A stretch of DNA of 64,000 nucleotides, taken from contig AP026126.1 of the NCBI GenBank assembly GCA_030295235.1, forward strand, positions 1,054,001-1,118,000. Reading direction: 5' to 3'. Below are positions 45,456 through 57,125 of this stretch, piece after piece (within the stretch, counting starts at the first letter, position 1; the number at the start of each line of letters is the position of its first letter). The stretch comes from Fistulifera solaris (lineage: Eukaryota). Both the position numbers and the translations under genes were made by a program. The notes below the pieces were generated by a model. The model worked only from the letters and a program-made list of their open reading frames with translations. It was not told where the DNA came from and searched no databases.

Positions 45456-46944
45456 TTACAATGGCATCGTTCGAAAGTCAATCATTGTCTGATTCTGATC
45501 CCATGTAGGGCAAGCGCACATGTGTCTATCAGACATTTCATTCACATGAACAACAATATTTTCCAGTGCAGCGGTGTATGAATAATCGAAGAACGCAGGA
45601 ACACGCAATGTAGCACGAGCTTGTACATCAAGCACAAGCTTGCCTCTGTAATAGTCGGACGTCAGCGACAAGGCTTCCCACTTTTCAGGGGAAAGGTGCG
45701 TGATAATGAACAAGTCAGTAATTGAATTTGCCTTGGCTGTGATAGGCGGAATATCAAAAGTACCAACAAAAACTCCATTGTGGGCAAAAGAGCCTTTACC
45801 CATATCCAAAGCAACATCGAATCGATTCGGATTGGCAACGGACATGAGGATTTCAAAATCAGCCGACACTTTGAGAGAAGTGAGGCTATCCATCAAACTT
45901 TTCCACGCTAATGCATCGTTACAAACATTGTAGACAGGAACACGAGGATAATACATGACCGTAGCAACAAGACCCAAGACGACTGTGAATAACGTCATAG
46001 CGTAGCAACCGACGCATACTCCATAAAGTCGATCAGCTGCCCGAGTCGTGCGGCGTCTACCGGATGCTCGAAGCGTCAAATTATCTTCATCTTCTGATTC
46101 TGAAAATCCTTGAATCAATGTGGTGTACTCAATTCGCTCGTTTTCTTCACCATCCGCGTCGACTTCTTCCCCCGGCGATCCTTCCTCTCTATCTGGTTCA
46201 CCACCGTTCTCCTCCGCGAGTTGCGTAGTGTCAGGTTGTTCACGAGCTTGCATTTGTACTTCCTCGTGTTCTCTCACAATCAGCGGCTGATCTAAAGCGG
46301 CGTCTTCGTCGAGATCTGTGCTCATCGAGTTCAGCAAATCATCATAAGCTCCTTTGATGCCGAAGGCCAATCCCCAGCAAGCTGTTGCACAACAAACGGT
46401 GATACAACTGAGCACAACTGCAGCTAGAAGAAAGAGAACATTCAATTTTTCAAAGCCCCCTTCGTGCAATTTTTTCTGGGACATTTCGTTTGCAGCGGTC
46501 ATTCGAATAACAGTCGACCCCTACAGCGCAGCCATACATACTCCCTACAACATGACAAGCATTATCGTGCGCACACCAATGACAGAAACGAGAAGACAGG
46601 ACACAATCACTACAACTCGTTTGCGCGTAACAGCCGTGATCGTCCGTGTCGTTGTTCTTTTTCGGCCGGGAGCAGCTGACGCCCGAGAAACAACCGTGCA
46701 CGCTGCCGCGGGCGTGACAGGCTTGATCGGCTTCGCACCAATGACAAAAGGCACTGCTGTAGCATTCGTTGCATGTCGAGTAAGACGCACAGGAGTCGCC
46801 GAAATAGCCAGTTACGTTGCTCGGTGAGAAGTCAAGCGAATCGTGTGCAAGAGTAACGACCGCCTCATCGAACGAGAGCGTGTTTTCGTGAGCGAGGACT
46901 TGCCACGCAAACGTGAAAGCAAACCAGCCTAATCGATAGAGCAT
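45456..46944 (-). CDS. Membrane protein with signal peptide, two PSI-like Cys repeats and a C-terminal LEA_2-like domain (1 apparent frameshift)
   Basis: CASYSTCNEC..CHWC..C twice; TM segments; SVANPNRFDVAL...FAHNGVFVGTFDIPP..AKANS LEA_2 pattern. Confidence 0.75.
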
Positions 46945-47360
46945 TGTGATTTGTATCGAATAGAATAAAAAAGAAGCAATTACAGTGTTGATGACTTGTA
47001 AAAGCAACAACGTACGGAATAATTATGATTCAGGTTGTTCATCAACGCGAAAAAGAAAACGCTGTCACGGTCACGAGCCGTCAGGAAATTCTTCATTAAC
47101 GCGTTTTTAACTGCTAGAGTAGGGAGTACATTGTAGCAGATACTCTTAGCACTATGTGTTAACCCGCTAGGACACATCAATTGCATCCATTGCATGAATT
47201 GCTTGGACGGATTGTTTGGAGTTTATTGTTTGTTGTCGTTGTTGTTAGCCAAAGGTTCATCGCATCTGCCTCTTCGCACATCTCTACGTAATACGTCTTG
47301 ACTACATTTAGTTGGAAGTGACAGAGACTAGCCCACCGCTGCTAGTAGTGCCGTCGCTTG

Positions 47361-48308
47361 ATGGTTTGTTGTCTCATTCATCTCATGATCTTCTTTTCTG
47401 TGTCATCACGTCAAGTCGCTAAGCACTGCCACTCCCAGAAGGTTGACTCAAGATTACGTTCCTCCTCCTCCGAGATTGCACGTCTCGTCAAAGACCACGA
47501 CAGTTCGTTTTTGCGTCCCCTGGAAGAAGCGATCCAACTCGTACTTTCGAAATACAATCCGACCTCTCACATACTCGACATTGAGCCCTCCGAACGAGAA
47601 TCCTTGGCAGTGGCTCGGAACCTCAATGACCGTCTTCAGTCCTTTCGACACAACAACAACTGTCCCCGATGTTGGCTTCAACCAGCTCATTGTATTTGCT
47701 CGCAATGTCCTCCGTTGACTCAAGGGACACCATTTCATCGCATATTCTTGCTCATGCATCACAAAGAAGTTTGTTTGACCGTCGACACTGCAAAACTCAT
47801 ATTTTCGGCATTCCCGTCGACGAGCCGTATGGTGGTCGCGGGGATTGGTTCCGAGTATCAAACTTCCATGCAAGAGTTCCTTCACGCGACCAGGGCAGAC
47901 GACTGCCTTGTACTGTTTCCTGACGACGATGCCAGGACGTATCAATCCATACTGGTCGACGATCGTCACTCAACAAACGAGCGCCGAAAGAGTTTGATTG
48001 TGATTGATGGTACATGGGAACAAGCCAGACGACTCTATAAGCGCTATATTGTCCCCCACGAGGGCCTTCGGTCGGTTCGACTTACCGAAGCAGCTTTGCA
48101 AACGGTAACCACCGAAGAGGAAGGAGGACGTCAGCTGCGTCGGCATCCGCAACTATTCCGAGAAATTAGTACGCTGGCTGCACTTCGATTATTCTTGAGA
48201 GATGTGGACTCTAAGCATGAGGCCTGCACCAAGCTAACACAGTATCAAAAACTCGCGGATGCTGCTGCGAGAAAACAGTTGGGCGAAATACGATACCGTC
48301 AAACTTGA
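47361..48308 (+). CDS. DTWD2: DTW-domain tRNA-uridine aminocarboxypropyltransferase (DTWD2/TapT-like)
   Basis: CPRCWLQPAHCIC, LMHHKE, DTAKL, LVLFP, VIDGTWEQAR, ISTLAA. Confidence 0.88.
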   Translation: MVCCLIHLMIFFSVSSRQVAKHCHSQKVDSRLRSSSSEIARLVKDHDSSFLRPLEEAIQLVLSKYNPTSHILDIEPSERESLAVARNLNDRLQSFRHNNNCPRCWLQPAHCICSQCPPLTQGTPFHRIFLLMHHKEVCLTVDTAKLIFSAFPSTSRMVVAGIGSEYQTSMQEFLHATRADDCLVLFPDDDARTYQSILVDDRHSTNERRKSLIVIDGTWEQARRLYKRYIVPHEGLRSVRLTEAALQTVTTEEEGGRQLRRHPQLFREISTLAALRLFLRDVDSKHEACTKLTQYQKLADAAARKQLGEIRYRQT

Positions 48309-48365
48309 CCATTTCGTACAAACAATAGCTGCAAAACATCTAAATTAAATAACTTAGCCTAGGCT

Positions 48366-49814
48366 CTAATCACTATCACTATCATTCATCATGGCTGCAA
48401 ACAGACCTCCGGAGGTAGAAGGCTTATTTGTTTGCTGTTTAGGAGCAGGCTTGCCGCGCGAGGCCGGAGTTACCCATTTGGCTGTCGTGGGGAGTGACAT
48501 GGAAGTCGGTTTGGACTTGCTCGCCGGTTTGGTAGCTTTCTTCGCATTTTTCTTTTGATTGTTCCAGCTCGACAACGATTGTTGTACTCGAGCTTGAAAT
48601 ATCTCGTCGCTTTCAAACCAACCACGACTTTGTTGCTAGAGTCAAAGGGAACTAATATGAGAAATGTATGTTCGAAGCGACTCTTTCGAAAAACAAGTCG
48701 GCTTACCTCCAGATCTGAGATTTGCTGCAAAATATCGTCCTTCCTCGCAACGACTTGATTTTCCTTTAAAGTCATTAGCCGACCTTTTGCCTTTTCTTCG
48801 ATTTCCTCGATGGGGAGCAACTCTCTTCGTAGATTATGAATATCCGTTTCGTGCTTCAACGGATGTATAGGTTTCGGGGTGATGCCTTCTACCTTGGTCT
48901 TCCTCGCTTGCAAAGTGGCGCGCTTGGCCTGCAGGGTTTCGACGCGCTTCATTTTCCCTTCTTTCTTTAACTGTTCTATTTCCGTATCAAGAGCTTTGAT
49001 TTTGTCATTGACCTGCTCTAGAAGATTTCTTCTTTCTTCGGCAGTGACATTGCCTCCTTCGACAAGTTCATGCATACGTTCTCGGACAAACGCAAGTTTA
49101 TCTTCTACCGAGGATAACGAAACGGAATCGTAAAAGGCCTGCTCCGCATCTGTAAGTACTGTACCCGACATGAGCTTACTTTCGAGTCCCTGCAATCGTT
49201 CCTTGATGGAAATCAATGCCGCGACGCAACCTTTCGTTTGAGTCCATGATGGGCATTTAATCGGTATATTGCGTTTGAAAACATCCAAAGTCGAATGAGC
49301 TAATTTGTACTCCGGACTATCTTCCGCCAATAAGGGTTGTTTGGGTCCACCATTCAAAGAAAGCTGTTCCATTTCCGTTTCCCCGATCCCTACCGCGACA
49401 CGCGGAAACACCACGACCGTCTTCAAATTCTTCCCCGTATCATGTTGCAATTTAAAGGTTCCCCCACATTCCAAAACCGCAGAAGCGCCTCGATCTTCTT
49501 CATATCCCAATTCGCGTAACGTACGCGTCACGGCTTGGGCAGCTCCCTCATCGTATTTTTGTCGTCCCAACTTGCCCGCACCCGTAATAAACGTCAAACG
49601 AATCATTTCCGATAACGGCAGGGGCTCTTTAAAACCATCGTGAATCTGCTTTTCGATCGTCGATACTCCCTGTCCCGCCAAGTCGAACGTTTCGCTCTCT
49701 ATACGAGATAAAAAGATGAGTCTGAAAATCAAGTTGACAAAAATGAAACCAAGCGAATGACTCACCCGTTGCGCCCCGAATCGACGCCGCCAATCCACTC
49801 ACAGAAGTTGCCAT
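48366..49814 (-). CDS. Hypothetical coiled-coil protein, 3 exons
   Basis: MATSVSGLAASIRGAT exon, intron, then long ORF (FITGAGKLGRQKYD...FKLQHDTGKNLKTVVVFP) and heptad region; second intron near 48706-48637. Confidence 0.7.
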
Positions 49815-50995
49815 GACTGTGAATTCCTCTTGGATGTATCAATCAGGAATCGGAGATAGGTTACTAAACTACCTCGTTCTTGAACAACTTTTATTTGTCA
49901 AGCCATGAAGCACGTAGCATGATTATGTGTTGTTGTTGTTTGTTGTTGGTGTTTTTGTTTTGTTACGACGTATTGCCTTCAATGTGCACTATCCTGTAAA
50001 ATGTGTCGGTGACTTGCTGTGACTAAACTCAACCGCAGTCCCGGCATATGTAGCCCACATCACCTCTCAAATTTAGACGACGATATACCTTCCGTTTAAC
50101 TTTTAATGCGAGCAGCTAAAGCAACTTATATAATTCTTTCAGAATCGCCTATGGCTCGGTGCTTCAGTCTTTTGTGTTTTTTAGTGAAGTTTAACTAAAA
50201 TAAAAATGAATGCAAAAGGAACTGATTATGGCATTATCACCACATTTCAGCATGATCAATAGTACCAGTACTCCTCATCGACCCGTCGACTAGTCTCGTT
50301 TCAGCCTTTTATAGAAGTGGAATCAGATCCTGACCGTTCACCGCCCGTATATTCTTGTCACTGGAAAAGCACATAATTACTACTAGCGATGTGTCGATGG
50401 CTTCATAACGACTAGAGCTAATTCCCCTTTCGCGTACCTAGCCAAGGAGACGCAAGCACCTTTTCGAAACATCTCGATGGACAATAACCGAAGTGGATAG
50501 TGGTAAGCGAAAACACTCAAACGTAGAAACAACTTCGGACTGATTTTTTCGTTTTTCAATACGTTTCAGATAAGTAGTCTTGACTTCGAACCGGTATTCC
50601 TATTGTGCGACACGTCGGAGCGCGTATCGAAATTGTCTCTCTGGACGCATGGACAGACTGGACCCTCTTTCAGACTCGTGACCAAAATGAGAGACCGTGA
50701 CTCGTAATTTCGTGCTATTAATTCTCTCTACAAGTACCGGGATGGACGTTAAAATTCTGCCTCTAGTACAAGATTCTACGTGGCATCCACGACGAGGCAG
50801 AATTTTAACGCCGTTCCCTTACCTGGGCGTGAGCACGATGATGTGTTGGTGGACGCGAAAAGGAGACGTTGTCATCGTGGTGCGAGCAATAAATAATAAC
50901 ATCGACATCGTTCATTACCTGGTAACAAATGAACAGATAGTATTCTTTCGGTGTCAGCGCACCATCCATGCACTAAAGCTTATCAATCAAACACA

Positions 50996-52259
50996 ATGAA
51001 TGATAGAGAACGACAAGATAATGAACTCGAATTTGTCAAAGCCGCTTACGAACCGACCGAAGCCTGGTGTTCTAATGAGGGAGGACTACCTACCGTGCAT
51101 CGTTCTTTGAAAGCCGGACCGCTCGCATGGCTCTTGCGTATATCGTTGCCGGAACATTATCCCGGCGGAGGAGAGATATTACACATTGAACTAAAAGTGG
51201 ACGAAGAGAATACAATCGACCGCAGAGTTGCTTTTCAGCAACAACCAGCTCTATTGAAAGTGTGTCAACAAGTTGCAGAATCGTTACCAGGCGAAGAAGC
51301 TCTCTATGTTGTTTTGAACGCTGCCGAGCAATGGATTCACGAGAATAAAGACAATTTCGTGAACGAATATGCGCAGAGAAAGGCGAGCGACGAGGATGGA
51401 CATTTCATCGCAAACACTCGAGATACTCACGTTTGTTTGGGGCGGAAGCTCATCTACTCGCATCACATCATTTCCAAACGCAAGCGAGCGGATATTTTGG
51501 ATTTCGCTCGTCAACGGACTTTGACAGGATTTATGAAAATCGGTTGGCCGGGTATCATCATCGTGGAAGGAAGTGAAGAAGACTGTCAATTGTTTTACGA
51601 TGGAATCAAAGGTTGGTCTTGGCAGTATCTAGTGGTACGAGGGGAAATGCAAGAGAAGTGCAAGGAATTAGAAAAGTCTCGTCGATTCCCAGTCTTCGCG
51701 GAAGTCAGCAGTATGTCTGTTGTGGCTAATCATTGTCGCGAGGTTGGACTGGAAGCACTTTTCCGAACAAGCATGAAAGTGTATGGCACCGATGACAAGG
51801 ATGAAACCGGCGCATGCTTTTCGAAGAATAACACAGAAGAAATGTATGGAGCTCTACTTTTAGTAGATCACATGAACGATGGGAGTTCTTACCGCAAGTG
51901 GCTGCGGAAAGTTTGTCACGAGAATAACGTCCTCCTTATGCTACAACAGTTTTTTCCAAACGACGATTACGTCAAACGGCCCAAAATCGTTGTCGGATTG
52001 GTAGGTCGAAATGTCAAGAGCGTTTTGGAAGCAATGGCGTACTCGAAAAGTGGACGTGGACTCGAAAGGGAAGCCTTGCTTAGAAAGAATGATGACAGTT
52101 CTAGTCGAAGGGGTTCTAGAGAACGTCCCACGAGCAGAAATTAACTGGGACGAAGTCGGGCATGATGAACGATTCTTGAATACAACAACAGATAAAGTCA
52201 AGAGGTTGGCAGCTACCATTGGAGGAAAGGAATGGAGAAACGCTTTCGAGCAGCTTTGA
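50996..52259 (+). CDS. RWD-domain protein: RWDD2-like DUF1115 plus RWDD3-like C-terminal domain (1 apparent frameshift ~52015-52030)
   Basis: RQDNELE..LPEHYP RWD; IYSHHI...LTGFMKIGWPGIIIVEG...WSW DUF1115; LLVDHMND..YRKWL...WRTRKVDVDSKGKPCLERMM RWDD3-like. Confidence 0.8.
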
Positions 52260-53047
52260 ACCTTCTAAAACTCGTGTGTTTGTAGTCTTGTGATCACTAG
52301 ACTCTCCCTCATCTCCTTTGAGAAAAATAACGAGTCTGTTTTGCCCGTATCGTGCACTCATTCCATAAAATTCCACCTTTCTCCCAAATCAATTTTGTTT
52401 ATACAACAGTACTCACGCTGTCGCAAACTTTCAGTGAAATCAGTCTTGAGTTATTCTTGCGAGGATCGGTCTGGTGGTACAAGGAAGAGATGACACATAT
52501 TATTTTCAAAAAGATCCACTCCATTCTGGCACTCCATTTTTGAATTAACATCAAAATGGGATTTTTAAAATACAGACGGCTTCGTTTGGCACAAACATTC
52601 AACAAAAAGTCTGTATGGGTTCGCAGATCTGAAGAAAACTGATATGTTGACTAAGAACGAAACACACAACGTCATTACACGACAAGTTCTTGGAGGGTGT
52701 CAATACCAGGCAAAGACAGAAATGTAAACCAATTGAATACAAGGTCAAACATACGCAAAAAGAGGTGCCGATCTCGGTCATCGAGAGGGTGCGCTTGTAG
52801 AAACAGCCGAAACAAGTAGGTATGGGATTGTATGTTCTAGCATGAAGGTCTTCGCATGAAAAGAGATCAATGGAAAAAGAATATAGTGGATCTATAAGGA
52901 AGAAAACTTTAATGAATAGGGGATACGGACTGCCACTCGTCCCTATCATCCAAAAGAAAACCCACCGAAGCAATGAAATACAAGAACACAGATATATCCC
53001 GTCGCACATAACTCTTGACCGGGCTCATCGTCAACTTTTCTCTTCGG

Positions 53048-54062
53048 TTAAGGAAAGTTGGGAACAGTTGCGCAGTTTCCGGTGGGGCTGCCGTCACAAA
53101 TGAGAGTTGGGTTGTTCCAGGCGGTGCGGCGACCATCAGGAGTGATAAGGAGCGTACGGACAATGGCCAGCAAGTCATCTAGCTGGGTGAACCGCGCCTC
53201 AAGCGTCGCTTCGATTGCGTCAAGGCGACTGTTCACAAGGGCCTCAACTTGATCGAAGCGCTCATACACGTTGGTAAAACCAGTCGAAACGGCAGAGCTT
53301 AGGGTAGCAAGATCGCTATCGACGGAGTCAAAGCGGGCGTATGTAGTATCGAACCCAACGGCGACATTGTTTGTCAACGTCGTGATTGAAGCGTCGACCG
53401 TGTTGAAGCGAGTGTTTACGGTGGCTTGGAAGGTACTGATGGCCGCATCAATGTTGCCAAAGCGGGTCGTTGCCGTCGTTTCAAACGTGTTAACTTGCGA
53501 AATCAAGTTGCAGGTCTGTGTTAGTATCTTCTGTGAGTTCTCAAAGGCCGCCTGAATCTCGGTGGAGTCAATGCCGCCATCGTGGACGTTAAGCGATTCT
53601 ACTGTCGATTGTGTAGCAGAAAGGGAAATTTGCGCTAGGTTGTCTGCGACAGGAATACCAGTTGCTGCTGCGGCAGCGTTGAGGGCAGTAAGATATCCAA
53701 TGAAGAGTGCTGCGTAGGCATCCCCGTCCGAACGCTTCTTCTTGCCCCCAAACAAATAAGGCCCCTCAACAGCAGCCATAAGCGTATCGTAACTAGTCCC
53801 GGAACCTGAATCATCCGCGAATTCCGGACTGAAACTTGCCTGGCATGTCGGTGCTGCCAATTGACGACCATAGCCGGGGACAGCGGACTCCTGCCGAGAC
53901 TGGCTAGGTGTTCTCTCCTTGATCTCATTGACGCGCAGATACTTGGAGTCACTTGTTGTAGACACTAGAAGTCGGCCACTCGCAGCTGCTGCTGCGGTGC
54001 ACATGGCGTCAATTCCAGTCTGGCCCTTGTAAATTTTTATCATTGTAACACAGAGATCATCT
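53048..54062 (-). CDS. Coiled-coil fibre-like protein with RF-x2-(V/I/L)D repeats; 5' end missing or unclear
   Basis: ~335-aa open frame; RFGNID/RFNTVD/RFDSVD/RFDQVE/RLDAIE/RFTQLD repeats; C-terminal LLITPDGRR; GRLL and GRQL RXL-like sites. Confidence 0.65.
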
Positions 54063-54424
54063 GTCTCGAGAGGCTTCGGGTGGAACCAAAGATTGCATGC
54101 CACATGCCACATCGAAGTCAGGATTCAACAGTCAACCCCTTTAGTAGATAGACTTTCTGTGGAAGCTGGAAGCAAAGAATCTCCACTCATCAGGATCCAA
54201 GAGTCTACTCTTCAGCGTTTCGCATCTCGCATCCCGAGTCTGACTGCAGAATGCATGCCATGTTCATTTGTCATGGCTAAAAACTAAAGCGAAAGTGTCA
54301 TATAGTACATAGTACTTTCCATGACTATTATTAAGTGGAGCAGTGGAGCGGCCAATGGAGCCGAGCCCCGAGGAGCGAGGCGCGAATACAAAGTAATTAT
54401 GCCTCGATGGATTATCCATTATCC

Positions 54425-55319
54425 CAAAGGAGTATATGTTCCACAGGGATGTTCGTTCGTCGCCACCCGTAATTTTTTTTTTGTACACGCTCTCCTTTTT
54501 TGTCGAGTCATGAATCCAGTCGTGAACTCGAAGTCATCGCAGATACTGTAGAACCACACCGTTTTTTTTGAAAACATCCATTGCAGTTCGTACCATATTA
54601 ATATCTTCCAAAAGGAAAAATGAGCAACGTTGATGAAAGTGTCTTGCCAGGAGATGTTGAAAATCTTGACGTTGACTGGGATTTAGTGGCCCGATTTGCT
54701 GATGATGCGCATATACGCCACCAAACACCTGAAGACAGCACAGACGACGCTGTCGTAGACGCGACGTCGCCATCAGTCGCAAAAAACAGCCTTACTAGCT
54801 CTTACCAACGATGTATGCTAAACAATTCAGTAACAACGCTCCTTTATTTATCTTTACTTTGCTAAACATATTTTTTTGTTTCCCGTAGCTACCACAAAGT
54901 CCCTTGCTTATGGGATTTGTGTTTCTTGTCTGGGAGCGACTCCTCCAAAATTCGCAGACATTGAACGACGATATCAACATTGTGCAATGGGGAGTTGCAT
55001 CCGCCGAGGTGTGAGAATTAATCTTTTTATCTCAAAGATTGATTTACACTCCTGGCGGATGCAACTCTCAATTCTCATCACCAAGGTATCAATGCCCGAA
55101 GATGGGCCATGACGCCGCAATGTTTCGAGATGAATGAAATTGAAAAATAAAATCCGAGCTCGCGGTGAGCTCGCGGTGTACACAAAGCAATCACAGTCCT
55201 TCATCCGGCACTCGGGTAGCGTGTACGATAAGCCACCCTGGCCGGAAAGCACGGCGTATCACGTGAATTGACGGACGGTGGCGACGAACGAACATCCCTG
55301 TGGAACATATACTCCTTTG
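54425..55319. mobile_element. Non-autonomous TIR DNA transposon (895 bp; P-superfamily-like termini)
   Basis: Perfect 43-bp inverted repeats 54425-54467 and 55277-55319 (CAAAGGAGTATATGTTCCACAGGGATGTTCGTTCGTCGCCACC), flanked by direct ATTATCC at 54418-54424 and 55320-55326. Confidence 0.92.
54620..55112 (+). CDS. Putative spliced 138-aa ORF inside the TIR element
   Basis: Intron 54813-54888 (GTATGC donor, CTAAAC branch-like site, poly-T, TAG acceptor) joins ORFs 54620 and 54876 in frame; no recognisable domain. Confidence 0.4.
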
Positions 55320-55598
55320 ATTATCCTGAGCAGCATTGATGTATTTAGATCAAGAACTCAACTCATTTTTTTCAGATCCGTTTTTTTGTGATACCAGGTA
55401 CTCAGATATCCAACAACAAATCTTGTGTTTTCCCCGCCATGAAATTCTACTTGTTCCTTGCCCTAGCATTACTTCGAAAGGCTTCTTCGGTGTCTTCTCA
55501 GTGCGAAGAACTCATTTCTTGCCTCGATAAGATTACCGGAAAAGGTCTCTTATCAAACGCAAACCACTAAGACACTCGTGCAACCATACCTGCCTTGT

Positions 55599-56573
55599 TC
55601 ACAAAGTGTCCTTGATAAACGCAAACGCTGCTGCAGCTCTTTCGGCAGGGCTTTTGGGCGTGTAGCTTGGTGACTGATTAAGCATATCGATTATTTCCTG
55701 ATAAGACGGTTGACCATAATCAAACAAACGTCCCCCATCCCGCCTATTCCGCGGCTGCTCGTTCCATTCCCCCCAGCGGTGTTTTTGTAAACGGCTTTTC
55801 ACCTAAAATCTTCCAGTCGACGTCACCATTAACAAGTTCTTCCCGTAGATAAACTCTCCACGGCTTGTTGTGATTGTGCAAGATGCGTACCGACTCCCCT
55901 TCACAGATCAAGTTGGTTAGCGAAAAGGTAGGCTGGTAAGATTCCGCATATCGTGCACTCGATTCATCAATTCCAAAGAATCCACCAAAATCTGACTGCC
56001 GACGCCATTGCGGATTCACCAACACCAAATTCCGTTTAGGTCCGACTTGCTCATCCAACGATCGAATGGCTTTGACGCATTCGGCCGTGGGTAGTAGCAC
56101 GAAGACGCAATCGTTCGCCGCCGATTCCGCTTGTCCCATCCACGCGTAGACACCGTCACTGGTATCCAAGCATACTTTTGAATCGCCACCAGATCCAATA
56201 TACCGAGACCTGCCATGATCTGTTCCACCATCGGGGCGGCCGCTTCCATCATTTGACGGGCGCCACCCGGCCAGTCATCGAGATCAGTTGCGCCGATGAC
56301 GGGTAACAAGAGTCGTATGGCATGCCGAACGGTGCCGTCGGCGGCAGCGAGTTGAATGCTTTGTACGCACTGTCGGACTTGATCGTCGACGGAAGTGGGT
56401 AGGCGTCCCGTTACCAAAGAGGAGAGTTCAAGGTCATTCTTTTCATCACTACTATTGTTGCGAGATGATTCTCGAGTGACAATCAACTGTCGACGACGGT
56501 GAAACGGCCGCAGATTAGGTTGAAATCCTCGTGCTACTGCAGCTAAACCTGATAGTAACAAGAGTAGTTTCAT
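55599..56573 (-). CDS. DUF1995-like plastid protein (2 apparent frameshifts)
   Basis: Presequence MKLLLLLSGLAAVARG-FQ; LPTSVDDQVRQCVQSI..., LDDWPGG, DGVYAW, LVLVNPQW, PWRVY. Confidence 0.75.
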
Positions 56574-56708
56574 TTTGCTTTTGATGTCACTGAAAGTTGT
56601 TTTGATAATATAAAAATGAAACATCTCACTTGATGTCGTCATAACGCAGCGCATAGCAACAACCAACAACTTTTTTAAAAATAGTAACCCGGAATCTTCT
56701 ATCGGGAG

Positions 56709-56952
56709 TGACTGACTTCCAGTCATGATTGCCATGAACCAACACTTTGAGAAACAGTAAAACCATGCATTTCACGAAATGAGAGCGTTGTTGGCTGCAT
56801 CTGCAAGCTGCTGATTGACTTTGTAAGTGTAGCTGATAATCAACTTTTGGTCTCATAAATAATTTGAAATTCCGAAGAAACGCGAAAGACAATTATTTGT
56901 GCAGCACGCACAAAAGGATCGTTATCTTCTCATGACTGAAATTCAGTCGTGG
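56709..56952. promoter_or_regulatory. Two copies of the dyad motif (TGACTG-N5-CAGTCATGA at 56709-56728; TCATGACTG-N5-CAGTCGTGG at 56930-56952)
   Basis: In the divergent intergenic region between the DUF1995 and SDH-like genes. Confidence 0.5.
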
Positions 56953-57125
56953 ATAAGGTTACTCAACGTCGAACCGCGCGCACCAACACGCGTTTTCATT
57001 TTTCATTACTTTCTACTCCGGGTAGAACATTTTTTCCTGCGCAATGTAGCTTGTGCTTTCAAATAAAACGACAAAGCGGCGACAAGTAATACTATATTTT
57101 CCATTTTACATCGATAATAGCAACA

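Noticed and set aside
49815..50990. 1.2-kb gene-free interval as a mobile element or ncRNA
   Set aside because: No terminal repeats, credible ORF or structured motif was found; only a short TGT microsatellite near 49925-49960.
52260..53040. ORFs 52599..53009 and 52870..53103
   Set aside because: No recognisable motifs and non-coding-like composition; possibly degraded foreign DNA, but unsupported.
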